The position numbers and the translations under genes are program-made. From Octopus bimaculoides (taxonomy: Eukaryota): a stretch of DNA of 52,846 nucleotides. Location: the NCBI RefSeq assembly GCF_001194135.2, contig NC_068985.1, positions 44,716,125-44,768,970 of the forward strand, given 5' to 3'. Shown one piece after another: positions 35,394-48,625 of this stretch (position 1 is its first letter; every line of letters starts with the position of its first letter). The notes under the pieces are model-generated. The model made no database searches and was not told where the DNA came from. It saw nothing but the letters and a program-made list of their open reading frames with translations.

Positions 35394-35819
35394 TTAAACA
35401 TGGACACCTTTTTACTTCTGAAAGAATATTCGTCCAGCATAGAGGCACTGAATTTTGTGACGAAACTCGGCCATTTCTTCTTATCTTCTTTGAATTTCCA
35501 AGTGAAATCGTCTCATTTATATAATTCAGTTTTTCTTTGTTTTGAAAATAATTCAAGTACATATTTGTTTAATAAGGCTATCGCTTCAACTGCTGTGATA
35601 AACTCCTCTTTTCGGTACCGCGGATGTTGTTTTGAACACCGAATATGTCTATTTGCTAAAAATATATTGACAGTTAATTAGGTATAAAGAGAAACATTTC
35701 TTGTACCCAGATAACAAGGTGGTTCCTTAGAAAGCTCGAATATATTCTGTTAGAGAAACTGGATGTTTTTAAAGTTATATGGTTAAAATAATTTAGCATT
35801 AATAATAATAATAATAATC

Positions 35820-36034
35820 ATTTCTACTATAGGCACAAGGCCTGAAATTTTGTGGGGAGAGGACTAGTTTATTACATCGACGACAATGTTTCACTAGTAC
35901 TTAAGCTATCGATCCCGAAAGGATGACAGGCCAAGTCGACCTCGGTGGAATTTGAACTCAGAATGTAGCGATGAACGAAATACCACTAAGCATTTCGCCC
36001 GGTGTACTAACGATTCTGCGGGCTCGCCGCCTTC
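35820..36034 (-). mobile_element. SINE family A inserted in (AAT)n
   Basis: Full reverse-complement copy with aataataat on both flanks. Confidence 0.9.
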
Positions 36035-36067
36035 AATAATAATAATAATGATAACTTCGACAATAGT

Positions 36068-36475
36068 TTCTTTTATTAGCCACATGAGGGGGACATCACA
36101 AACATAGGCAACAATTTGAGTGGGGATTTACATAAAGGATGGCGAGAAAGAAATGGAAAAGACATTGAAATATGATAAAAGTATGTATAGTATAGAGTAT
36201 GTGATAATATGAAAGATGCAGCCCTCCTGGTACAGGAAAATCTCTAACTAGGACCAATCAAAATCCCCATAGATCCAAGATTAACCTGACCTGCAAAGAT
36301 ACGAGCCTTCTTTCTTGCTCTCCAATTTACAGGCGCATACTTAGAGTTTAGCCATTCACTCTAACCATTTTTGCCACAGTCACCTATCTTTTCAGAAATT
36401 TACTGGGAAGTACCACTTCCCTCTGCACCTTCACTTTCTTTTCCAAGTGGAACTTAGAAAAAGCAAGGGGATTAC
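36068..36475 (-). mobile_element. Tx1-like LINE 3' end (diverged subfamily)
   Basis: Minus strand reads KFHLEKKVKVQREV..SKFLKR.VTVAKMVRVNG.TLSMRL*, matching the C-terminus at 603-720. UTR ends gtggctaataaaag. Confidence 0.75.
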
Positions 36476-38274
36476 TCAATAATAGAATTTAATATAATAA
36501 TCTTTTCTACAATAGGCACAAGGCCTGAAATTTGGTGGGAGGAGACTAGTCGATCACATCGACCCCGGTGTTTCACTGGTACTTATTTCATCGACCCTGA
36601 AAAAATAATGATAATAGCAACAACAAGAATAAATAATAATATCAAATATGATGATGATGACGACGATGATAATGGGGATAAATGTGATATTTGTGTACAA
36701 TAGCATAACAGCAACAACACCAAGCGATGATAAAAGATGATGTTGGTGACAAAATGACTTGAAAGCTATTTAGATATTGAAGAGAAAAATAACGTGTCCA
36801 ACCAACATCGCAAAGTTAAGTTCAAGTAACAGAATCACGAATCACAGCGCGAAGGAATGAGAAGGAGGAGGCGTAGGAGGGACGGAGGGGGATAAGGTTG
36901 GGTTTGAGGAGTGTGTGTAGGAGGAAAAGGAAGAGGAAGAAGAAGAAAAGAAGCTAGTAGCAAAAAAGAAAAAGAAAGAAGAAACATGACGGAGAAAGGA
37001 AAAAGGTCAACGAGAAGTAAGAGAGTGGGATGGATGGTGAAGAAGAGACGAGTAAAGTAAAGAATGTTATAAGGAGTAGTTGGAGGAGCTGGGGTGGAGG
37101 TGGAGGAGGAGGCGGAGGGGAAAGAGAAGGCTCACGACATATTTTGTCACCATGTTTTGGAGAGTTTCAATTAATTACTTTTTCTTATTACATTTCCACA
37201 TTTATGTGGACGGTGATGACATCGATGGTGGCGGTAGCGGTGGCGGCGGTGATAGTGGCGGNNNNNNNNNNNNNNNNNNNNNNNNNNNNNNNNNNNNNNN
37301 NNNNNNNNNNNNNNNNNNNNNNNNNNNNNNNNNNNNNNNNNNNNNNNNNNNNNNNNNNNNNNNNNNNGTGGTGGTGATGGTGGTGGTGGTGATCACGATG
37401 GACATGATGGCGATCGTGATGAGGATGAAGATGATGATGATGATAGTCGTGGTGGTGGTGGTGGTGGTCGTGGTGGTGCGATAGTGGTAGTGGTGGTGAT
37501 GGTGTTAGTGGTGTGAATAATGCTGATAATAGTAATGATGATGATGATGATGAAAATCACCGCCAAAATCACGATCACTGTCACCGCCATCATCACCCAT
37601 CACTACCGTCACCACCAAGTTAGACATTCTCCACAGCTACCAACATCATCACCATCACGAAAGCAAACTAACGAAGAAATCGTCTTGAAAATGGATAGTC
37701 GCAGGGTATAATGTAGTCTTAGGTACTCATTATCAAACAAAAAAGAAGAGATGGTCATGGTTAGAACCTCTTCAGTAAGCAGTGGCCTAGAGCTAAGCAA
37801 CACCATTGACAACTAACCATTAGGAAAAAAAAAAGAAAACACCTTCAGCCGCTCACGTGGCCTAGATAAACCCCGCTCAATTCGACACTCACTCGTCTAA
37901 AAACCCAAAGGACGTTGTAGATGATATATTACACCATAGTGCATTATACTGTACTCCACTTATCTACTTCACATTATAGTTTACTAAACTGCATTATAGC
38001 TTACTATTACTATGACATACTCTTATGTAATCCATTCTGTATTCTGTTCATCACACTATATTCCATTTCTAAGCAAGAAGATACCAAAATAGCTCTGAAC
38101 AATACTTAACCGTTATTGATGTTCTTCTTCCAACATCAATAACAACAATATGAATAACAATGTACACTACGAACATGGTAGTTCTGACGATAACGATATA
38201 GTGCGTTCACATAAAGACATGTTTGTAGGGAGGGATTGTAGATTATTAGACACAAAAATATGGCTGGCACGTAT

Positions 38275-38705
38275 GTTTATTTCTATTTTAGGCAAAAGGC
38301 CTGAAATTTGTGGGGAGGGAGCCAGTCGATTAGATCGATCCCAATTCGCAATTGGTACTTAATTTATCGACTCCGAAAGGATGGCAGGCAAAGTCAACCT
38401 CGGCAGAACTTGAACTCAGAAGGTAAAGACTGATGAAATACTTGCTAAGCATTTCGCCCAGCGTGCTAACGTTTCTTATTTCTTGACCACAAGGGGCTAA
38501 ACATAGAGGCGGCAAACAAGGACAGACAAAGGGATTAAATCGATTACATCGACACCAGCGTGTAACTGGCAATTAATTTATCGATCCCGAAAGGATGAAA
38601 GGCAAAGTTGACCTCGGCGGAATTTGAACTCAGAATGTAAAGACAGACGAAATACCGCTAAGCATTACACCCGGCGTACTAACGTTTCTGCCAGCTCGCC
38701 GCCTT
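38275..38705 (-). mobile_element. Two adjacent SINE-A copies (different tail subfamilies)
   Basis: Copies at 38275-38473 and 38474-38705. The second carries the Tx1-like tail. Confidence 0.9.
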
Positions 38706-39666
38706 TGCTGGTAGGTATGTTAAAAAACATCTGGAGAAAAGAAAGGCAAAATTGATAGAGGACGTAGAAGATTTGAAATAGGAACATACTGAGACTGGAG
38801 AAATTACTGTTATGCATTTTGTCCATCAGACAACCATCTGTGTTACTTTCGCTGCTGTTATAGTTATTAAAAAAAAAAAGAAGAATGCATCAGNNNNNNN
38901 NNNNNNNNNNNNNNNNNNNNNNNNNNNNNNNNNNNNNNNNNNNNNNNNNNNNNNNNNNNNNNNNNNNNNNNNNNNNNNNNNNNNNNNNNNNNNNNNNNNN
39001 NNNNNNNNNNNNNNNNNNNNNNNNNNNNNNNNNNNNNNNNNNNNNNNNNNNNNNNNNNNNNNNNNNNNNNNNNNNNNNNNNNNNNNNNNNNNNNNNNNNN
39101 NNNNNNNNNNNNNNNNNNNNNNNNNNNNNNNNNNNNNNNNNNNNNNNNNNNNNNNNNNNNNNNNNNNNNNNNNNNNNNNNNNNNNNNNNNNNNNNNNNNN
39201 NNNNNNNNNNNNNNNNNNNNNNNNNNNNNNNNNNNNNNNNNNNNNNNNNNNNNNNNNNNNNNNNNNNNNNNNNNNNNNNNNNNNNNNNNNNNNNNNNNNN
39301 NNNNNNNNNNNNNNNNNNNNNNNNNNNNNNNNNNNNNNNNNNNNNNNNNNNNNNNNNNNNNNNNNNNNNNNNNNNNNNNNNNNNNNNNNNNNNNNNNNNN
39401 NNNNNNNNNNNNNNNNNNNNNNNNNNNNNNNNNNNNNNNNNNNNNNNNNNNNNNNNNNNNNNNNNNNNNNNNNNNNNNNNNNNNNNNNNNNNNNNNNNNN
39501 NNNNNNNNNNNNNNNNNNNNNNNNNNNNNNNNNNNNNNNNNNNNNNNNNNNNNNNNNNNNNNNNNNNNNNNNNNNNNNNNNNNNNNNNNNNNNNNNNNNN
39601 NNNNNNNNNNNNNNNNNNNNNNNNNNNNNNNNNNNNNNNNNNNNNNNNNNNNNNNNNNNNNNNNNN

Positions 39667-39706
<40 letters not shown>

Positions 39707-40187
39707 ATATATATAAGTACATAAATATACATGTATATATACATACATATTTCTATATATACATACATATATTTCTATATATATGTGGGCATGTATGTGT
39801 ACATATAGGTATACAAGTTTAGCGTGTAAGTGCGAATGTGTGCGTTTGCAAGTATGCGTGCATGTGTGTCTGTATGCGCGTGTGTGTACGTATAGTGCTG
39901 TTGGCTAAATTCTTGGCAAGTCGAGGTGATAGAGGAAGCCTTATTCTCTATTACTTTAATTCTCATAGCTGAAACTTCACAGTTGCAATTTTAGGTCATT
40001 GGCAACTGATTGCAGAATGGCGATATGCCGACATATCTTCGACAAACAAAATAACCTGAATCTTTGTGAGTTAATTCGACGGCACTTTTAGTGTTGCAAG
40101 CTGTAGGGAATCGCAAAACAAATTTTCTAAAGGGCCTGAACCGAATAACTAGTCATTTTATTTGATAATAATTTATATTTTAGGGCG

Positions 40188-40400
40188 GCGAGTTGGCAGA
40201 ATCATTCGCACGCCAGGAAAATGCTTGGCAGCATTTCGCCTATCTTTACGTTCTGAGTTCAAATTCCGCCGCGGTTGACTTTGCCTTTCTTCCATTTCGG
40301 GATCGATAAAATAAGTATCAGTTGAACACTGGGGTTCATGTAATCGACTTATCCACCCCTCGAAATTACTGGCCTCGAACCAAAATTTGGAATCGTTATT
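40188..40400 (+). mobile_element. SINE family A
   Basis: gggcggcgagttggcagaatc head and ctgagttcaaattccgcc. Confidence 0.88.
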
Positions 40401-40759
40401 AATTCATATTTTGCGAGTTTTGTTATTTTGCTTATTTTTTATATAGGGGTGTTGGCCTTATGCAGACCCATATTTACCTCTAGGAAGAAAAGATAAATAT
40501 TAGTGAAATCGACGTTGCCATGCACAGGTGCAGGGTGTGTCACACGTTAAATGTCAAAGTGATCGCAAAGCAATTTGAAATGAATTGTTTACCTCAAGAA
40601 CACACACATACCACTCAGTCCGAGAACTGAAACCACGAGCGCAACATCATAGTTTCTACACTCAAATCATTTGACCACCTAACTTTTTAAAAGAACTTTC
40701 ATACCCGGAGTACTAACGATTCTACCAGTTCACCGCCTGTTCTGTTGCTAAATTGGTTT

Positions 40760-40970
40760 CAAATTTTGACACAAGACCAGCACTTTCGAGTAAGAGGCTA
40801 AATTAATTACATCGATCCTAGCGTTCAATTGATACTTATTTTATCGACCCCGAAAGGTTGAAAGGAAAATTCGACGTCAAAAGAATTTGAACTCAGAACT
40901 TAAAGACGGATCAAATGCCGCTAAGCATTTTTCAGGTGTGCTAACGATTCTGCCAACTCGTTGCCTTAGA
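40760..40970 (-). mobile_element. SINE family A
   Basis: Reverse-complement body. An isolated head is also present at about 40703-40740. Confidence 0.85.
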
Positions 40971-42392
40971 GTAACACTACAATAGCAACAGTTGATAAAA
41001 ACCAAGTCGTACGCACATTTTTGTCAGAATTTATACACTGTTTCTTCTCAGATACTCACTCATAAATAAAAAAATGTTAAAAACGTCTTGCTTTTGCAGA
41101 CTTCGTTCAATAATACTTTAGCATCACGAAACAGAGGAACATTCATGAACTTGCCTCATGTCACTCTCGAGTCTGATGGAGTGAAATTTATTCCCCTCCC
41201 AAACACAAACAGACACTGGAAACTTAGCTTAAATGCGTGTAACGAAGTGAATCGTGCTATAGTTACCCAAAGACCAGATAATGCTGTTTAAGCTAGCAAA
41301 GTATTATGTCTACAACACAAAACCATGAACAGTTCCTCCGACCTGCCACCATAGATCTTCCCTCTACCAAATTTCACTTACAAGATTTGGTCGCCATCGC
41401 ACTAATGTATAAGACAGTTGGCAAAGATGCTTTGCAGTAAGCTTGAACAAGAGACCGCGTAGTCTCGAGAGAACTTTTTCGTCGCATAACCATGTCTGTT
41501 TACTTGCTTCGCAATAGGATTGAACACGAGATCACGTAATTTCGAAGAGAAGCGCCTTTCTCATACAACATTGCCAGTTGCCAGGCAGACCACGTGTTAA
41601 GTAAATACATTTTGTAGGTTTAGCTAATTAATACGCTAACTCAAACGTTAATACCTGAATATACACAAGAACGTTAACCTAGCAAAGTTACACTTGGATT
41701 ATTGATATAAACCTTGCATTTGTTGATATCTTTGAAGCGATACAGATTCGCAGCAGGCTTATTTGCGTCAAAGATCTCTTTCTTTGTAGTACGGTTAGCG
41801 TCTGATAAATAGTGTTGATTGTACTTGATTGACTCCATGTAGACCAAAACCAGATTTTAAATTCAATCATTTGACGCAAATGTCAATGTAAACACAATAA
41901 GCACTCGTGAATCTGTTCAAATACAAATATGCCGGCGGTTGGGGTAAATGTTACGTTGTCCCAGATTTCACATATCAGTGAAAAAACATATGTATGTGCA
42001 TATACGTATATACATGCATGCACATATATATACACATACAATATGCATATAAATAATTATATATATATATATNNNNNNNNNNNNNNNNNNNNNNNNNNNN
42101 NNNNNNNNNNNNNNNNNNNNNNNNNNNNNNNNNNNNNNNNNNNNNNNNNNNNNNNNNNNNNNNNNNNNNNNNNNNNNNNNNNNNNNNNNNNNNNNNNNNN
42201 NNNNNNNNNNNNNNNNNNNNNNNNNNNNNNNNNNNNNNNNNNNNNNNNNNNNNNNNNNNNNNNNNNNNNNNNNNNNNNNNNNNNNNNNNNNNNNNNNNNN
42301 NNNNNNNNNNNNNNNNNNNNNNNNNNNNNNNNNNNNNNNNNNNNNNNNNNNNNNNNNNNNNNNNNNNNNNNNNNNNNNNNNNNNNNNNNNNN

Positions 42393-42440
<48 letters not shown>

Positions 42441-42620
42441 AGCAGACAGACAAATAGACAGACATGTGTGTGTCTGCGTGTGTATATGCATATGTCCGAT
42501 TTAATCTTCCTGTAATGAAGGGTATTCTTAACTACGTCTTATTTTAGGTTCACTGTATCTATATTATCTGTGTTTTGTAATATTAATGCTCACATCACAT
42601 TTCTTAGAATCCATATATAA

Positions 42621-42651
<31 letters not shown>

Positions 42652-43039
42652 TCTATCTATCTATTTATCTATCTACCTATCTATCTATTTAGTATATATG
42701 TATGTGTGTGTATTCATGTATGTATATTGCGTATATATATGAATGCATGCGCGTATGCATATATGCATGTATGCATACACAGACATACACACTTATGCAA
42801 ACATAAATATCACAAGTGTAAAAAGGCAGACACAAAACAGAGACACAGAGGTCCTGATAAATAAAAATGTCCGTCTGTATAAGTTTATACTGTTGTTGAG
42901 TGTGTAATTATCTGTTTGAATGAGTATGTTTTGTGTGTGTGTGTGGGGGGGGGTGCGTGTGTGTATGTGTTTGTGTGCGAGTGTTGTATGAGTTTACATT
43001 TTTGAAGAGACAATAGATGTATTAATATTATCAGTAGTA

Positions 43040-43872
43040 TAAGGCGGCGAACTGGCAGAAACGTTAGCACGCAGGGCGAAATGCTTAGCGGTATTTCGTC
43101 TTTACGTTCGGAGTTCAAATTCCGCCGAGATCGACTTGGCCTTTTATCCTTTCGAGGTTGTTAAATTAAGCACCAGTTGCGTACTAGGGGTCGATCCAAT
43201 TGACTTTCTCCCTCCCACAAAATTTCGGGTCTTGTGCTTAGAGCAGAAAAGAATATTATCAGTGGTATAAGGCGGCGAGCTGGCAGAAACGTTAGTACGC
43301 TGGGCGAAATGCTTAGCGGTATTTCGTGTCTTTAAGTTCTGAGTTCAAATTCCGCCGCGGTCGACTTTACTTTTCATCCTTTCGGCGTCGATAAATTAAG
43401 TACTAGTTGCGTTCTGGGGTCGAATTAACCGACTGGACCCCGCCCCTAAAATTTCAGGCCTTGTGCCTAGGGTAGAAAAGAATGTCTAACGGCGTTTCTT
43501 CTGTCCTTACTGAGTTCAAATTCTTCCGGGGGTGACATTTCCTTTCATTCTTTTGGGGTCGATAAAATAAATACCATTTGAGCGCTAGGATCGATGTAAT
43601 GGACTTAGCTCTTTACCCGAAATTGATAGCTTTGTGCCAAAATTCGAAACCAGTTTAGGAACAGAGCATGTGGTGAGCTGACAGAATCGTTAGCGCGCCA
43701 GACATCACGCTTATTGGCATTTCACCTGTCTTTACGTTCCGTGTTCAAATTCCTCCAAGGCCGAATTCTCCTTTTTTCTTTTGGGAAAGATAAAATAAAT
43801 ACCAGTTGAGCACTGGGATCGACTTATCCCCTTCCCAAAAAATGATGGCCTCTTGACAAAATTTTAGACCAA
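43040..43872 (+). mobile_element. Head-to-tail cluster of four SINE-A copies
   Basis: Copies start at about 43040, 43268, 43490 (5'-truncated) and 43668. Confidence 0.9.
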
Positions 43873-44415
43873 TTTAGAGCTGCCCTTGATCCGTAATTTT
43901 CCACCTTTTTATTATCTGGGTTAGATCCAAAATTTATATAAGTCCATTAAGAAAAAAGTTATTACAACTATAGAAGGAGACCGTCGGCAACAGCCAGAAA
44001 GATACATGTGAACGGCATTCAACTTTGGGGGAGCCGCGGTTGAGAAGCGCTNNNNNNNNNNNNNNNNNNNNNNNNNNNNNNNNNNNNNNNNNNNNNNNNN
44101 NNNNNNNNNNNNNNNNNNNNNNNNNNNNNNNNNNNNNNNNNNNNNNNNNNNNNNNNNNNNNNNNNNNNNNNNNNNNNNNNNNNNNNNNNNNNNNNNNNNN
44201 NNNNNNNNNNNNNNNNNNNNNNNNNNNNNNNNNNNNNNNNNNNNNNNNNNNNNNCCATGAACGATAGAAACAAATTACAATTGTGCTCTTAGCATGTTTC
44301 CAGTAAGGCTGAAAGCAAGTAAAAGAATAAGCGAATATATTTTAGATTCGGTTTATAGACAAGTGGCTTGTTAAAATTACAATATTCTATGCAATCAGAA
44401 GTTGAGAACGGTCCT

Positions 44416-44484
44416 TCTTCTTCTTCTTCTTCTTCTTCTTCTTCTTCTTCTTCTTCTTCTTCTTCTTCTTCTTCTTCTTCTTCT
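44416..44484. repeat. (TTC)n microsatellite
   Basis: Direct reading. Confidence 0.95.
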
Positions 44485-44865
44485 CTGTCTATCTGTCAGA
44501 TTTAAAGAGCTTAAGGCACGCCGCATGTCATAATGGTTCTTCTGCCTAACCACCAGGAGTTAACGGTTGTACCACCATATTTGATGCAGTGAAAACTAAA
44601 ACGTTTATAACAAATGATTATGCGGTGAAGAAAGTATAATTATATTCTCATGACTAACCATTTATCTTGGTAACTTATTCGATAGAATTATGCAGATTTA
44701 CGGTTAAATTAATTATAATCTAGTTAAAAGTAGTACTAACATACTGACATCACCGCTATCATTCACCCTAACGATTCCAAAAGCTTGTGTCTTCGAAAAA
44801 CACGATCTCATACATATGTGCATACATACATACATACATACATACATACATACATACATACATAC

Positions 44866-45372
44866 AATAGACCTGATATAATGATTTGGGATAGATAACA
44901 GAAACTGTGTACAGTTGTTGAAATCAGCTTCTCAGTGGGTGTTAACATGAAGCAGAAGGTCAGTGAAAAAGAGCATACCTACACTGGACTATTGAGAAAT
45001 CTGCAGTTATTCTATCAATGGATTACAAGTTCACGTTTATAACTGTAATGATTGGGGCACTGGGATGTATAACACACTGCCTCAATACCAATCTTGAGAA
45101 ATTATGTTTCTCAAAATCAGAAAGGAGAAAGCAAATTCGTGACTAAAGTTCCAATCCATCACTGGAACTGTAAAAATCTGTAAAACTTTCTAGAAGTTTA
45201 TTATTTAAATATATATGAGCATGTCTAGATATGCATGAAAATACATGCATAAAACAAGACATACAACTCTGCATGAATGCATACATACAAAAGTACCCTG
45301 TTGTTGATGTTGAAATTTCAAACCGGTTCTTTCTCTTTTGGCAAGAAATCTTGAAATAAAACTGAATAATGA
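44866..45372 (+). mobile_element. RLE LINE family B, copy 5 (RLE domain plus 3' UTR) inside (CATA)n
   Basis: NRPDIMIWD..KLCTVVEIS.SVGVNMKQKVSEKEHTY..LLRNLQL..IGALG..LNTNLEKL. (CATA)n on both flanks. Confidence 0.88.
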
Positions 45373-45450
45373 CATACAAACATGCATGCATGGATGCATA
45401 CATACATACATACCTACATACATGCATGCGTACATACATACATGCATACA

Positions 45451-45830
45451 TTGTTGTTGGTATTCCGTCGCTTACGACGTCGAGGGTTCCAGTTGATCCG
45501 ATCAACGGAACAGCCTGCTCGTGAAATTAACGTGCAAGTGGCTGAGCACTCCACAGACACGTGTACCCTTAACGTAGTTCTCGGGGATATTCAACGTGAC
45601 ACAGTGTGACAAGGCTGACCCTTTGAATTACAGGCACAACAGAAACAGGAAGTAAGAGTGAGAGAAAGTTGTGGTGAAAGAGTACAGCAGGGTTCGCCAC
45701 CCCCCTGCCGGAGCCTCTTGGAGCTTTAGGTGTTTTCGCTCAATAAACACTCACAACGCCCGGTCTGGGAATCGAAACTGCGATCCTATGACCGCGAGTC
45801 CGCTGCCCTAACCACTGGGCCATCGCGCCT
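45451..45830 (-). mobile_element. SINE family C, full length, with (CAA)n tail
   Basis: tRNA-like head with A and B boxes at the right end. Flanked by (CATA)n. Confidence 0.93.
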
Positions 45831-45897
45831 AGACACATACATAATACATACATACATACATACATACATACATACATACATACATACATACATACAT

Positions 45898-45945
45898 TAA
45901 GGAATACTTGTGGAACATTCCCATCAAAACATCCGTCAAGTAAAA
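45898..45945 (+). mobile_element. RLE LINE family B micro-fragment (copy 6)
   Basis: KEYLWNIPIKTSVK aligns with KEF.WNVPVKTSIK of copy 1. It follows (CATA)n. Confidence 0.55.
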
Positions 45946-46784
45946 CAGTAAATGCAGCAAACTGAGTTAAAAACCTCTTTAGCTCACCCTAAAGGTCTTT
46001 CCATCATATATGACGACCATGTACTGTATCTTTATGAAGAACACTTAAGCTTTAATCGTACAACTTCCATTAACCTTAATTACATCCTCACAAGGTCATG
46101 GACATAGCCTTGAGTAAAGTATAGTCCCACGAGCCTACGGAGAGTAGGTCATGGCCACAGCCTTGAGTAAAATATAGTTACAGGGGCAGGAGTGTTTTCT
46201 GTGAAGATGAAGCTGGCAATCTCCACGAGGCTATAATGCCACGAATAAGAAGGGCCTGGGAAATTCTCAGAGGTCTAGGATATATTTGTGATAGTCATGG
46301 TGGTAACCTCATCTAGACTATAAAAATGGAAATTAAACGATAGCAATGCATTTAAGTATTCTACAAAGTTTTAGAAATATGTATTTAGTTAACGGAAGCA
46401 TGTCATGGCGTCTTCCTCTGTCTAAATTCACAACCTGGTGGGTTAGATATGCCACATTTTACTTAATTGACATTTGGAGCAGTTTGTTTGTTTGTTTGTT
46501 TGTGCGCGTGTGTGAGCAAGTGTGCGTGAGTGTGTGTGTATGTGTGTGTTTGTATGTGCAGGTGTGTGTGTGTGTGTGTGTGTGTTTGAAAGTGTGTGTG
46601 TGTGTGTGTGAAAGTGTGTGGGTGTGTGTGTGAAAGTGTGTGTGAGTGTGAGTTGATATTACTTCTTGTTTTGTTCGTCCTCTGCTTCTTCAATGCTTCT
46701 GCTGCGTCTATAGCTGTCTGTCTGGTTGTCTGTCTCACAGCCTGCCTGTCTATCTGTCTGCCTGTCTGTCTGTCTATATAATGT

Positions 46785-46828
<44 letters not shown>

Positions 46829-47340
46829 NNNNNNNNNNNNNNNNNNNNNNNNNNNNNNNNNNNNNNNNNNNNNNNNNNNNNNNNNNNNNNNNNNNNNNNN
46901 NNNNNNNNNNNNNNNNNNNNNNNNNNNNNNNNNNNNNNNNNNNNNNNNNNNNNNNNNNNNNNNNNNNNNNNNNNNNNNNNNNNNNNNNNNNNNNNNNNNN
47001 NNNNNNNNNNNNNNNNNNNNNNNNNNNNNNNNNNNNNNNNNNNNNNNNNAAGCGAAACACAGACACGCGACTGATATGAAGGCAGATCTACTTCTGCCTT
47101 TATAACACATAAAGGAAATAGTGATGTAGGAGATTGAAAAGCAGGGGCGAATTATGCCTACCTAATCTACAAAGAAATATATATATATTTTGCATTTTAT
47201 GTATTGTAATCAGAGTAACCTTCATAATTTTATTGAAGGTGCATATTTTGCCACAAAAGGAAAATGTTGCTATCGATCTATCTTATTCAAGGTAGGCACT
47301 GCCTACCTTGCCTACCTAGGCGGCACGTCCCTGATATATA

Positions 47341-48625
47341 TTGGGTTGTCAACTAAGTTCCCACCGTTTTTTTAAATTTTGGAATTTATTGCGTTTTTAA
47401 ATTTTGGAATTTTTTTTTTTCGAGAATTCTATTTTTGAATCATTTTGGAATCTATTTGGCTTTTTTTTTCGAGTTAATTTCAGTTAGTTTTTGTTTATTT
47501 TCAGGTCATTAAAACGTAAAGTCAAGTTAAGTAAAAAGAGCATTCGACACGTCCTTTTTGCTTTTAATCAAGGTTCTAAGGCCGCAAAAGCTGCTCGCGA
47601 CATTTGTGCTGTGTATGGAGAGGGTGCCATAGCTGAAAAAACCGCTTGTGACTGGTATGCCAAGTTCAAAAATGGAAATTTTGACCTCAAAGACGCACCT
47701 CGTTCTGGCCGTCCAGTTGAGTTCGATGAAGAGCGATTAAGCCATCTTTTGCACGAAAATTCTCGTCAAACGACAAGGGAACTGGCAGAGAAAATGGAAT
47801 GCTCCCACACTGCTATAGAGAAGCATCTTCACTCGATGGGAAAGGTTCAGACGTATGGAGTATGAATTCCGCATGCTTTAAGTGACAACAACAAAAATCA
47901 ACGAGCCACAATCTCCGCTGGTTTGCTGGCTCGTCACCGCTCAACTTATGGGCACAAGCAACGATTTCTTTACTGAATCGTTACTGGCGACGAAAAATTG
48001 TGCCTGTACATCAATATGAAGCAGCGTAAGGAATGGCTTAGCCCTGGTAAACAAGCGACACCGCGCGTGAAACAAGACCTTCATCCGCGTAAAACGATGT
48101 TGTGCGTATGATGGGACTGGGAAGCGATTATCTATTACGAATTGCTTGAACGGAACCAAACAGTCAATGTGGAACTCTATGTTTAACAGATGGAACGACT
48201 CAACTCAGTTATTCAAGAGAAATGACCTAATCGGCAACTTGGAGTTCTGCTGCTGCACGAAAACGCCCGCCCTCATATCGCCAATATGACTAAGGAAGCC
48301 ATTCAAACGCATGGCTGAGAAGTGCTGCTACATCCGCAGTACTCTCTTGATTTGGCACCAACGGATTTCCACCTCTTTCGATATCTTTCAAATGCTATGC
48401 GTGGAGTTTCGTTCAACACTGATGCAGAATTGAGAGCTTGGTTGGATCAACTTTTCGAGTCGAAATCGGGTGATTTCTACCAACGAGGTATTGAAAATCT
48501 TGTTGAACATTGGGAAGAAGTTGTAAACAACAAGGGTGAACGTATTATTGATTAATTAGTTGTTATTTTTTATTAAACCTTTAAAAAAATTTAAATTTAA
48601 AAAACGGTGGGTACTTAGTTGCCAA
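47341..48625 (+). mobile_element. mariner (DD34D) transposon, near full length
   Basis: TA followed by TIR ttgggttgtcaactaagttcccaccgtttttt. Inverted copy aaaaaacggtgggtacttagttgcca at the right end, with the last ~6 bp lost. Confidence 0.93.
47512..48555 (+). pseudogene. mariner transposase pseudogene
   Basis: AARDICAVYGEGAI HTH, RSGRP, *IPH (WVPHEL equivalent), IVTGDEK, HENARPH, HPQYSLDLAPTDFHLF with 34-residue spacing. Six in-frame stops. Confidence 0.95.

Noticed and set aside
37085-37125. G-rich run with G-quadruplex potential; also (GGT)n at 14455-14520
   Set aside because: Ordinary low-complexity sequence with no functional context.
44028-44051. ggggagccgcggttgagaagcgct, resembling a hAT MITE right end
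   Set aside because: It runs into a gap and no partner TIR was found, so it is too little to annotate.
46093-46178. Two 33-bp direct repeats with a 20-bp spacer (CRISPR-like look)
   Set aside because: Only two units, in eukaryotic context, with no cas genes. It is a local duplication beside a possible RTE fragment (RIRRAW at about 46235-46260), which is itself too short to call.
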